A DNA stretch of 64,000 nt from Hormiphora californensis (taxonomy: Eukaryota > Animalia > Ctenophora). Every line of letters begins with the position of its first letter. Within the stretch, counting starts at the first letter, position 1. The DNA lies in contig CM035354.1 of NCBI GenBank assembly GCA_020137815.1, positions 5,084,001 to 5,148,000 on the forward strand, given 5' to 3'. The notes beneath the pieces were generated by a model that made no database searches, had not been told where the DNA came from, and worked only from the letters and a program-made list of their open reading frames with translations. Both the position numbers and the translations under genes were made by a program. Shown here one piece after another: positions 1-18,889 of the stretch.

Positions 1-1289
1 TATTTCCTTACAAGATATGATCTTGTGCTTCTAGACTAATAAAATACAATCGATTTGCTACAAATTGGTCCCGGGTTTGTGTGATTTGGTCAAAAGCTTT
101 CTTTACTGTGGCCCATCAAAGATGGCCACTCTGCAAATACGTTTTTGGCTCCTGTGGCTGCAGATGTAAACCAAAAGAAGATTTATTATACACCAAAATT
201 TGCGTCTTCTCAAGGCGAACAACCTGGTTTTTACGAAATTTGATTTCATGCAGGCGTTCAAAAATTACAGCCGAAAAACTGGTACAGTGGATTTCGGAAA
301 TACCCCTACTTCAACAAACCCTAATCCAGATAAGATTTCGAAAAATATACAAATTTATACATGAAAATGAAGCTCAGACAAATGCCAACGTGATGAAAAA
401 AACGGGAAGTATGTAACTTATTTCGTTTAGAAGCTATAGCGAAAATAAAAGTGCTTATATTTGCCTTGAAAGCACCCTCTAAAAGCCCTGAAAAATAGCA
501 AATCTGTCTAAAAATGCAATACGAATAAAATGTCACCTCCAGTGCACCAACTTAGCCCCCTGTGGACAGAATTTGTTTGAAATTGTCAGAAATTGTCTAA
601 AAGTATGGTTTTTAGAGGGTGTTTTCAAGGCAAATATAAGCACTTTTATTTTGGCTATAGCTTCTAAACGAAATAAGTTACATACTTCCCGTTTTTTTCA
701 TCACGTTGGCATTTGTCTGAGCTTCATTTTCATGTATAAATTTGTATATTTTTCGAAATCTTATCTGGATTAGGGTTTGTTGAAGTAGGGGTATTTCCGA
801 AATCCACTGTACCAGTTTTTCGGCTGTAATTTTTGAACGCCTGCATGAAATCAAATTTCGTAAAAACCAGGTTGTTCGCCTTGAGAAGACGCAAATTTTG
901 GTGTATAATAAATCTTCTTTTGGTTTACATCTGCAGCCACAGGAGCCAAAAACGTATTTGCAGAGTGGCCATCTTTGATGGGCCACAGTAAAGAAAGCTT
1001 TTGACCAAATCACACAAACCCGGGACCAATTTGTAGCAAATCGATTGTATTTTATTAGTCTAGAAGCACAAGATCATATCTTGTAAGGAAATATTTTTAA
1101 AATCTCAAGAAAGCGTAAAAAGTCGAAAATCGCTGAAAATGACAGTTTTTGCCGTTTTACGCAAAAACCGCTACGTTTTCGATTTTAATTTTATGTTTTT
1201 CGGATTCCTCGGTCAAAAATACGTAACCTAGGTCCGGTCTCCAAAAAACTGTATCTAGTCGAGGTTTCACCTCCTTAAGGGACACCGTG
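1..1289. mobile_element. Large palindromic non-autonomous DNA transposon (Chapaev/CMC-like), left end outside the window
   Basis: 1-484 is the near-perfect reverse complement of 610-1093 (mirror ORFs 81..416+ and 678..1013-). The right end appears to be ...GGGACACCGTG at 1289, the same CCGTG terminus as the 5679-7018 element. It lies 14 nt before the AASDH acceptor at 1303. Confidence 0.75.
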
Positions 1290-1303
1290 TTCATTCTAAC
1301 CAG

Positions 1304-2332
1304 TTTCAAGTTCTAAGTCGATCCTACCTCTCCCTTTGTGTGGACAGCTCCCCCGTAATATTCTCCCTGCCAGACGGTACCAACTGTTTCTGTGTCGGGT
1401 CATCATGCAGGTATACTTCTGTGCTGCTACACTGCCTGATTCCCGTAACAATTTGGGAGACAGATCTCGGCAGTCGTATCAAGTCCTCTCCGTGTGTCCT
1501 AAAACAGTCTAGTATTTGTTGGAACCTATGGGGGTGAGATATGTGAGATATCCATGTTAAGTGGTGATGTGATACGGAGAGTGGTTAACAGGTGATCAGG
1601 TGACGTGTTCTCCCGTGGCATCAGTTAGTGTGGTGTACTGTGGTTCTCATGATGGGAGAGCTATACAGAATACCACCGGGAGGGAGTGGTGATGTGATCT
1701 CCGTATCCCTGAAAGACCCTGTGATATTGCTCTCCCTATCATTCTACCAAACAACTCTGTTATTGTCATCACTAGATCAGGTCGGATATCTCTGTTCGAT
1801 TCTAACTTGTCCACACGACTTAAAACCTTCTCAACGGAACGCTATACGAAGGCAAAAGGGTTATCATGTTTTTAGTAACCCAGTGTTAGGAGGTAATGGG
1901 TTTCTGTATGTTGCTACGGTATGTGGCACTGTGTTCCGACTACATTCAGCCACCCTTCAAGACTGTAAAACTAAGAGGGATTTAAAAACTGAGATATACT
2001 CAGATCTATTTTATCACGACAGCAGCTTGTTAGTGGCTGGTTGGAATGGGAGGGTATGGTGCCTGGATTCTACAACCCTTGATACCCGGTGGTGTACAAA
2101 CCTCCAGGGTTCTATATACGCAGCACCACGACCCACTACAACAGGCAGGATAGTGGTTGTAATGACTAGCGGTCAATTGTGGATGTTGGATGTGGCTTCA
2201 GGGAATAAAACTCCTGGTCAGTGCCTCCCTGGACCAGTTTACTCGACACCAGCACTATATGAGGAGGAGGGTGTAGCTGGTGTAATGGCTGTGGGGTGCA
2301 GGGACAGTTATTGTTATGTTTTACAGTTTTAA
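1304..2332 (+). CDS. AASDH: AASDH / beta-alanine-activating enzyme, C-terminal PQQ-type beta-propeller exon (partial, several frameshifts at ~1400-1660)
   Basis: Acceptor ctaaccag|1304. Motifs CVDSSPV, WETDLGSRIKSSP, VYCGSHDG (shifted frame) and the C-terminus LPGPVYSTP..AVGCRDSYCYVL resemble AASDH (CVDASP, LGDRIESS, GSHD, LPGEVFSSP..IGCRDNYVYCL). Confidence 0.75.
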
Positions 2333-3015
2333 CTACCTTTTAACCACTTTTTACAATTCAATAGTTCTGTTTATAACTACTGCCGTGTTTCATTGTCATT
2401 CCCCTAGTAGCTCCCCTAGTATCTCCCTATCTCTCACACCTGCACGCCCTCTGCAGGATGAATGGGGAGGTAGCGAAATGTGAGCAGCAGAGGAGACAAC
2501 TACACACCGAACTGGGTGATGAACACTTTGCTGTCTGGAGACAGGAACATGGTAGTGAGGTCCTTAATAAACACCAACAGGTTACTAGAAAACATAGTCC
2601 TCATTCCTCCCAATGATATGCGTTAAAAAGTTATATTTTTATTTACGTTGGAGTTTCATCTAATCTTTCTCATGGAATATGAACTCTTTATACAACAATT
2701 GCTAATCCTCATTTGACTTTCAGGCGCTGGTAGAGCAAGCAGATAAGATGTCACTGGAACGATCACCCTCCAACGAATCCAGATAGTTGACCAGAGTATC
2801 TAACTTGTAAACAGATATATTTATTTCCCAGATTTTACGAACTAAGTTATCAGAGAAAGAATGGTTTTTCATCAGTGTGTAAATATGTTATTTAAATGTA
2901 TATTTTTCCCCTTCTATTTTTCAAAACCCTTCCCTATGTCATCACCACCCTGCATCCCCCTACTCTCCTTTTTACCCCCCCCCCCCCCTCCTAACAAGCT
3001 CCCCTCGTAGCCACC

Positions 3016-5502
3016 ATGGCCCTATGTACACGACTCCAGTACCTATCTCCCCGGACCCTCGCCCTCTCCAGATGTCTCTCCTCCGAAATGGCCGACCTGA
3101 GGGACAAGTGGAACCCCTCCCCATCCTTCACACCCTCCAAAATGACACACTTCCTGGATGATCAAAACCAGGATCTCCATGCCAAAATGAGGGCCTTCCT
3201 CAGCACTGACAAGTTCTTTGTGCCCCGGTATAACATCCCCCTGGAGGAGGAACGAGAACTGGCCCTGGAGCGACTCCGTGCTCTCTGCGACAACAAATTC
3301 ATATCCGTCCACTTCTTCTCCACCAACCCAACGGCAGTATTCGCAGCTCATGAGAATGCATCAATCGTGGACGGGGCCACTGCAACCAAGATGACGGTTC
3401 AGTTTAATTTGTTCGGTGGTACAGTGTTGAAACTGGGAACAGCACGTCATAAGGAGGTCCTGGACGGTATTGACAGTCTCTCAAATATTGGGTGTTTTGG
3501 GCTCTCGGAACTGGGGTACGGTAACAATGCGGTTGAGATGGAGACCACGGCAACGTATGATGCGGAGGGTGATGAGATTGTGGTCCATACTCCGAGTGTG
3601 AAGGCCCAGAAGTATTGGATTACTAATGGGGCAGTTCATGCTAATCACATGGTGGTATTTGCACAGTTGATGGTGGATGGAGAAAATAATGGGATTCATG
3701 GGGTCCTGGTACCAATTAGGGATGCAGAGGGGAACACAATGCCAGGTAAGAGATATATGTAATTACTGATTTTTAGTTTCTTGGCTAATGATAATATCAC
3801 TTTAGTTCTCTGAAAGACTGCCAGTTGCCACCTTCGTCCTTCTCTCCCAAGTTATTCACTGTGTGTCATATGTTTTTACAATCTCTGCCCCAACAGGTGT
3901 CACTATTCATGATATGGGTATCAAGATGGGACTAAACGGTATTGACAATGCTAAGATATCTTTTGATAACGTCCGTGTACCCAGAACAAACCTGCTAAAC
4001 AGTGAGAGTGAGGTAATTCACGTGCAATTAGTTGACCATGTACACACTGTGTAGTATGTATTTGGCATGGTGGTACTGTAGATCGTGTTAAAATTTCACC
4101 AGGCACGCCGTGTGGTGTACGTGATATAGATAGTACATGACATGTTATATACAGTTACTATTTTCTGATACATTTGAAACACTCTATAATTACAGCTGCA
4201 CAAGGGGGGAGTGTACGAGACTAAAATTACTGGAAACAACAGGGCACGATTCCTAAAGGTTGCTGATCAGCTTCTCTCAGGAAGAATCTGTATCGCTTCC
4301 ATGTCCCAAGGTAACGTATATAGAAGTATTTTTATTATTTTTTTTCCTTTTTTGGTCAGCTCACTTTCTCGCTCTCTACTTCCATTATATTCAACCCCCC
4401 CCCCCTCTCAACTCCCTTTCTCTACATCTCCAGGTGCTACCAAGGCGTGTATGGCTATTGCCCTCCGTTACTCCGCTACCCGTCTAACTGCTGGCCCCAC
4501 TGGCAAGAGTGACTTCCCCATCCTCGGATACCAACTCCAGCAACGTGCCCTTATCCCCCTCCTAGCTAAAACATATATCTACGATATCGCCCTCAAGGAG
4601 ATACAAGCTATGTACGCCAAATACACTGTCCCATCTACCCAGAATGTCTACACAGTGTCCCACCGGGAAATTGTCATGATGTGCTGTGCCATCAAAGCTA
4701 TTACAGGATGGCATATCAATGAAGCGGCCACCATTTCCCGAGAGAGGTCTGGAGGTCAGGGGTATCTTGCCGCTAACAGGTTTGGACCTGCCATCGGGGG
4801 ATCTCATTCTAGTATGACAGCAGAGGGAGATAACAGCGTGTTAATGATGAAGGTTGCTATGGAGTATCTGGCTGATTTGGCTACCAAGATGGACCCTAAA
4901 AAGAATTTCAGTGGATCTATCGGGTTCCTTCTTCAACAAGTCACTCCAGGTGTGGTGCTGAGAGGTTTCAAGGGCGGTTCTGGTACCGATGTAGACTTCA
5001 TTAGGAAAATCTTGAAGATTAGGGAAGAACTTCTCTTCACCCAGCTAGCCAAGGTCATGATGGTGAAGGGTGGTAGTAAGGAGGAGAAGAGGGTGGCACG
5101 ATTTAAAATCTGGTCCCAACAACAACAAGATCTTGTTCAATCTGCCGCTCGAGCCTACTCAGAACGTCTTATCTCCGATTTGGCGATTGAGAAAATTGCA
5201 CTTGCTGATGCGGAGTTGCAGCCGATTTTGAAGAAAATGTACAACCTTTACCTATCTCACTCCTTCAAGAAAACATCGGATTCTTCCTTACTAACGGGCT
5301 AATCTCCAAGGGGGGCGCTAACTCTCTCAGGGGTGACTTTAACAAGTTGATAGCTGATATTTCACCTGAGGCCCTGGCTCTGGCTGAGGGATTCGGAATC
5401 ACGGAGGAGATGCTATCTGCACCCATTGCTAGAGACTGGGAGCTATATAACAGTTATGATAATGCCGGTGAAATGGATAAGTTCGAGGATTTAGTCCGAT
5501 AG
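3016..5502 (+). CDS. Acyl-CoA oxidase (ACOX family). Exons ~3016-3745, 3897-4012, 4196-4310, 4434-5502, with a 1-nt frameshift near 5262
   Basis: Motifs [72 protein letters not shown] and TAEGDNSVL. The shifted frame continues [12 protein letters not shown]...LAEGFGI..APIARDW..DLVR* to TAG at 5500-5502. Confidence 0.9.
4083..4112. mobile_element. Isolated 30-bp terminus of the 5679-7018 element inside an ACOX intron
   Basis: TCGTGTTAAAATTTCACCAGGCACGCCGTG is identical to 6989-7018. Confidence 0.8.
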
Positions 5503-5678
5503 ATATAGACGCTCAAATTGAACAGTTGTTGATTGTTTTTTTGTTGTTTTGAATTTGTATACAGCCCCTTTTTTGGTAGCACTGTTAGTCACAGTGACCC
5601 TCACACATCCACATTACATGTTTGGTGATCTAACGATTTGTTGCGTTTTAATCTTTCTATCTCTGATCCCACCCACTT

Positions 5679-7018
5679 CACGGCGTGCCTGGTGAAATTT
5701 TAACACGACCTAGCATGCGACGGGAAACCACCACTTGTACGTGGTAGCTGAGGGTCTACAGAATGGCGCTACGGTGCGGGAAAAAAAATCCATTCCCTAA
5801 AATCTTTTTTTTTACTTTTATTTGATTTGGGTCAAAATTGGCTATATTAAACGTGGTCCCAAAAAATCCATAATGACTTAGCACACGAAATATGTCACCC
5901 CCACCTATTTTTGCACGTAGAATCGATTGCCGTTGAAGTCGAATCTCTAAAATGACTGTAAAATGGTCAAAAGTTGATTTTTTATCATTTTTTGGAGGTT
6001 TTTGGCCCCTAAACCATTGAAAACGTTGAGATAGGAATTTGAAACTAGTGCCAATCGTTAAAATGGTCATTTTTCTACCAAGAACCAAGTTTTCGTGTAT
6101 ATCCGATTTATGGTTAGATTTGGGCAAATTGTTGAAATCTGCCAACTAGGAGAACCGTAACTTGATTTTCTTGTTTTTTGGATTTTGGAATTTTCGACAA
6201 ACTTCTGATTGAAATGGTCAATCGGGACCATGCTTAAGTTGTTTATGGGACAATTTTCGACTAAAATCCAAGATTTCATACCAATCCAATAACAGATCGT
6301 TGGTTTATAGAAAATTTAAGTAGGCAAAACGGTGAAAATAAGCAAGAAAAGTTGTCATTTTGACCGTTTTGCCTACTTAAATTTTCTATAAACCAACGAT
6401 CTGTTATTGGATTGGTATGAAATCTTGGATTTTAGTCGATAATTGTCCCATAAACAACTTAAGCATGGTCCCGATTGACCATTTCAATCAGAAGTTTGTC
6501 GAAAATTCCAAAATCCAAAAAACAAGAAAATCAAGTTACGGTTCTCCTAGTTGGCAGATTTCAACAATTTGCCCAAATCTAACCATAAATCGGATATACA
6601 CGAAAACTTGGCTCTTGGTAGAAAAATGACCATTTTAACGATTGGCACTAGTTTCAAATTCCTATCTCAACGTTTTCAATGGTTTAGGGGCCAAAAACCT
6701 CCAAAAAATGGTAAAAAATCAACTTTTGACCATTTTACAGTCATTTTAGAGATTCGACTTCAACGGCAATCGATTCTACGTGCAAAAATAGGTGGGGGTG
6801 ACATATTTCGTGTGCTAAGTCATTATTGATTTTTCGGGACCACGTTTAATATAGCCAATTTTGACCCAAATCAAATAAAAGTAAAAAAAAAGATTTTAGG
6901 GAATGGAATGTTTTTTCCCGCACCGTAGCGCCATTCTGTAGACCCTCAGCTACCACGTACAAGTGGTGGTTTCCCGTCGCATGCTAGGTCGTGTTAAAAT
7001 TTCACCAGGCACGCCGTG
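5679..7018. mobile_element. 1.34-kb fold-back non-autonomous transposon, Chapaev (CMC)-like
   Basis: Arms of ~660 bp are near-perfectly inverted around ~6340-6356. Termini are CACGGCG...CGCCGTG, with a 4-bp TSD ACTT at 5675-5678 and 7019-7022. Confidence 0.9.
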
Positions 7019-7396
7019 ACTTCCCCGTATCCGAAATTAAAATCCTGTCAAGTTTTCCCTTACCTGTCCAACTAAAACTCTATTTCTGTGTGTATTCAAG
7101 TGGCAGCACTGCGTCTACATCAGTCTTCACCACCTCTCACTTGACGTAAGGCGCTGTTGTGTCATTTTATGGGTTTATTGCGCGAGAAACGCGCAGTTTG
7201 TGCGCGCGCTCCAATTCTGGCACTGTCACTTCCCAGTTCCGAGCTCATGTGACATTCATTTCATGATGTCACGTCACCACGTACGCTCCATTTCAGAACT
7301 CTTGGCCAATATATCTCTTTCATCCATCATTCCCCATCCCCCTAACTGCTAACTGGACTCTCCTTTACGTGAGTGAGTAGAGTAACTTAACCTATC

Positions 7397-8943
7397 ATGT
7401 TATATCTAGCAATGATAAGACGAGGTGCAACTGCAGTGGGTAGAACGTGTTACCGACAGTGTGTTCGATACACCGCAACAGAACAACACAATGATGCTGA
7501 TCTCAGTGATGACGAATTTCCATCAGGTATGTAATGCACTGTCTACATAATCGCTGTCAGTATGACTCACTGTCAGTATGACTTTAATAATCGCTGTCAT
7601 TATCACTCTAGTAATCATATCATAATACAGGGTGGTTCAGAAACATGGAGCCACTTGGAGATAAAAGTTGGAAAAATACAATCCTCTCTATTGTACGGAT
7701 CAAAATTTCAACGTGTTACCCTGTCAGTTGACATGGACAGGCTGATAATTTTTATGAAAGAGTGACTCTCTGTCGATCTCAATCCTCAGGGGACACCTTT
7801 TCTAGTCAATAGACCGTGAAAATACGTTTTTAATTACACTGTACATTGGAGAGCGAACTGTATTGACACATTAGTTATCTCAAAGTGGCTCCATGTTTCT
7901 GAACCACCCTGTAAAATCGTGCTCACTCTCATTTCTACAGAAAAGTACGCTCCCTCTGAGGAAATGATCCAGCGGTTTATCAGGGTGGATCACGCTGGGG
8001 AAGTGGGGGCTAATGATATATATGCGGGACAACTGGCAATCCTGGGTCGAACAAAAGAAGCCCCTCTTATACAGGTAACGATTGAAGTTGTTCATTAATA
8101 TAAGTTGAGCTCAGTATATTCACTTTGCTTCACTGCCTTAGTCGTCCTTTTTTGTTGGTTTAGTACCGGTTTAAATCGCATCTCACGCTCACATCTGTAC
8201 ATATTTTCAGCACATGTGGGACCAAGAAAAAGTGCACAGAGAGAAAATGAACGAACTAATAGTGGAACATCGGATTAGGCCAACTGCTCTCCTTCCCCTC
8301 TGGAGGGTGGCTGGTTTTGCTCTCGGAGCGGGAACTGCTCTTATGGGTAAATTATATTCCATAACCTCTATTACGTCATACAGCAGGCCATTCTTTCCAC
8401 TGTTCTGGTCTTTCAATACAAGTATGCCAGATAAATTTAGGAGTGTGAAATATGAATCAGGGGCCACTCTACCAACATGTATTTTCAGGAAAGGAGGCAG
8501 CCATGGCGTGTACTGTGGCAGTTGAAGACACCATTGTTACACACTACACCGACCAAATCAGAGAGATTGTTGAACAAGGAAAGGAGGAGGAATATCGGGA
8601 TTTACTACAGGTAATTCAATGTTCCATGCCCCATACATATTTAACAATCCTCCAGCATCAATCATTTTTCCAACAATTAGTTTTAAATCACACTCTTAGT
8701 CTCACTAGTCACTAAGCACTATTCTGCCCTATCGATCCTTGTTGAGTATGTCGACCCCTTACAGTTACTCAACAAATCGATCCTATTTCTTTTCAGACGA
8801 TACAAAAGTTCAGAGACGAAGAGTTGGAACATCACGATACGGGGATAGAGCACGGTGCTGAACTTGCACCCCAGTATAAACTATTGACATCTGTGATAAA
8901 AATCGGCTGTTCGGCAGCCATTAAAATTGCCGAGAAGGTGTGA
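7397..8943 (+). CDS. COQ7: 5-demethoxyubiquinone hydroxylase COQ7. Exons ~7397(or 7412)-7526, 7941-8074, 8211-8346, 8489-8610, 8797-8943
   Basis: IRVDHAGEVGA..IYAGQ, HMWDQEKVH, RPTALLPLW.VAGFALGAGTALMGKEAAMACTVAVE and FRDEELEHHDTG di-iron motifs; GT-AG introns; Arg-rich N-terminus. Confidence 0.96.
7628..7911. mobile_element. Tc1/mariner-type MITE in COQ7 intron 1
   Basis: TIRs CAGGGTGGTTCAGAAACATGGAGCCACTT...AAGTGGCTCCATGTTTCTGAACCACCCTG flanked by TA on both sides. Confidence 0.9.
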
Positions 8944-9431
8944 GAAATTGTTAAACTATCTGTGACCCTTTTTGCAAACTCAAAGTGACCCTGTCTAGTG
9001 AATAATTGAATGATGTTATTTAAGGGCGAATAGCCCTATTTCAGAAAAACATAACTCGTTTCATTGAACTGTTGCTCTGCAGCTGTCTGTCCCTTGTCAG
9101 CGCTGAAAACTTACGCGCAAAACAAATCCGCGCGTTTTCAATCATTTAGTGCGCGCGTACTTTTATTGAATATCCGAAATAAAAACTAAAAATGAGGACA
9201 AAATTTTATCACTTTTTTTTTCTTTCTTTTTTCCTTTCTCTGCTGTGTCCTGTGGTTTTCGCTTAACAGCTGTCGCAGTTCAGGGATACAACCTCCCTGG
9301 CAATACCATGCATTATAAAGATCTACTGCTGCACCTAACTGAAGGCCAAATCACTATCATTCTTCTCGCGAAGCAGTAAATCGAAGCTCTGGAATGCCAG
9401 CGTTTGTTTGCCATGGCTTCCAAACTTCCAT

Positions 9432-9579
9432 GAGGCCCCTCGGAAATGTTCAAGTCATGCACAATCAAGTCGCGCCCACCAATCACAGCTCAGAACGCGC
9501 GGAGTGCTTCGCGCGTTCTGCGCTGTGCTTGGTGGGCGTGACTTGATTGTGCATGACTTGAACATTTCCGAGGGGCCTC
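9432..9579. mobile_element. ~150-bp hairpin MITE flanked by AT
   Basis: GAGGCCCCTCGGAAATGTTCAAGTCATGCACAATCAAGTC... and its reverse complement end at 9579; AT on both flanks. Confidence 0.75.
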
Positions 9580-9597
9580 ATTTTTAATCGGTTATGA

Positions 9598-10632
9598 TTC
9601 CTATCCATATAATAATTTCCAAAATGTTAGTCCGATAATTGTTTTCTCCCTACTCCTCCTACAGTTTTTGAGCTAGACCCCTGAAAATTTGTACACTGGT
9701 ACTTTGGACCAAGGCGGGTGTAAGTACGGGCTCAGATTTTTGATCCGATCTTTACAACAGTGACGTCACGGGGTGACGTCATTGCGACAAAAAGACTTAC
9801 ATTTTTCAAACGCTTCTAAGACCCTGAAAACGGCTCTAAATCAAAAAACTAACGCAATAGTGGGGAAAGAGAATCGTTTGAACTTCATTTTACCTGATAG
9901 CGATTTCCCGTAACTCAATGTTTAAGGGTCGTAAATCGCGTCGGGAAAGTTAAAAATGCCAAAAATGCGATATTTTTCACCGTAGCCACCCAAAATCTTA
10001 TCCAATCGATATGAAACTTGGTCGGTATGTGAATTTTAATGTCCTTTGGCCAGGGGTTCCTGGAAAACGGGTTGGCAAGATGAGAACTGACCGGAGTTCT
10101 TATAATTCACGAATTTGAAATTTTTCGTCGACTTTTTTTTGCGACATAAAACGCGAGGAAATTTTCAATGAATTTTAAAATTTTACACTGCGCGCGTAAT
10201 TTTAGGTTCCGCGCGGCGTAAAAAAGCAGCGCTTTTTTGGGAAAATTCGCGTGTTACAGTAAATGATTTACCCGCCTCGCCATTTTTTTCAAAAACCCAA
10301 TGTGTATGATAGTAGGAGCGGTTAGTGTCGAATTTTTTATTTAAGCGAGAGGCCGCCGCGCACTCAATTAGTTAATTGGTCATATCTCCGGTTCCTGATA
10401 AGATAAAGACTTAATCCTGGTTGCGTTGGAAAGATAAAATTTTTATCTTTCCAATGGCACCAGGAAAAAGTCGCTAGCTTATCAGGAACCGGAAATCGAT
10501 TTCAAGCGCTGCATTTTGATGCGCGGCGGCCTGTCGCTTAAATAAAAAATTGGACTTTAGATCACCACGTGGTTAAAGTCACGTGCCACCCCTTTTTGCG
10601 CATTGTCATAGGCCATAGCTCGGGTACTCTAG
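9598..10632 (+). mobile_element. Non-autonomous Helitron, copy 1
   Basis: Starts TCC(TA)TCCATATAATAATTTCC and ends GGGTACTCTAG|T (TC...CTAG termini, no TSD). About 700 bp are near-identical to the inverted copies at 48523-51238. Confidence 0.8.
10326..10556. mobile_element. Palindromic MITE nested in Helitron copy 1 (Kolobok/TTAA-type-like)
   Basis: Absent from Helitron copies 2 and 3 (empty site CGGTTAGATCACC). TTAG is duplicated at 10322-10325 and 10557-10560. The internal palindrome is centred near 10440. Confidence 0.7.
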
Positions 10633-10854
10633 TAAACTAAAATAATTAAAATGCACTATTCTTCCGACTTTTATAAAGAAACACGATTTGAATACAGGCC
10701 ACTGGCGCGGCCATTCCCCTGTGGCTATCACTGACAATGAACCGATCACAAGCCGTGTATGATTGCAAGGGGCTCATTTGGAGTCACAATTGTATGCGTA
10801 CAGACTCGAAGATTCGAATCAACTAATAATTCCCGCTTCATATCCTTGATATAG

Positions 10855-18231
<7,377 letters not shown>

Positions 18232-18745
18232 CGATGTTATTTCTGTAATACTTATGTAAAAATGTGGGATGAATTGAATGAGTGAGTGAGAGGTGAACGA
18301 ATATGTTGTTGAATGTTGAGAATGAGACAGAGAGAAAGGAACGGTGACAGACAGAGAGGGATAAAGAGACACAGAGAAAGAGTGACAGAGAAAGAGAGAC
18401 AGAGAAAGAGAGACAGAGTGACAGATAAAATGTGTGTTATCGTGACTCTATAACTCACAGTGTGAGATTTATTTTTATTGAACTGTTTTGTTTTGAAGAT
18501 TCTATGTTTCTGCAGTAAAATCCGCCTTGTTTTACTTTCTTGGTTGGTAATGGTTGATGGATATTGGGATATTAAAGTCCCACTCATGAGTGTGAGGCAG
18601 GTGGTGAGGGAGAACAGCAGGAATTTTCTTTGGGCACGTCGCGCCCCTCATGTTCACGCGCCCGAAGGGCGATCCCCTCACACAAGCTACGGGGCAAGAA
18701 TTTTCTTAAAAAATCGTCTGGATACTCCTTGATGGCAAACTACAA

Positions 18746-18889
18746 CTTTAGTGAAAACCGCATGTCTCTAGCACATGTCTCTAACACATGCGAGACCCAC
18801 CATAAATGGGCCCATTTATGGTGCATCTCGCATGTGTTAGCGAGCTCGATTTTCAAAAACATGCTAGAGACATGCGGTTTTCACTAAAG
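18746..18889. mobile_element. ~145-bp palindromic MITE abutting the satellite
   Basis: CTTTAGTGAAAACCGCATGTCTCTAGCA...TGCTAGAGACATGCGGTTTTCACTAAAG, centred on ATAAATGGGCCCATTTAT. Confidence 0.75.

Noticed and set aside
81-1013. Mirror-image 111-aa ORFs as duplicated genes
   Set aside because: They result from the palindromic transposon arms and have no recognisable domain. The same applies to ORFs 5756-6829.
5255-5302. Programmed ribosomal frameshift in ACOX
   Set aside because: No canonical slippery heptamer at the shift, and other single-base indels in the window point to sequence error.
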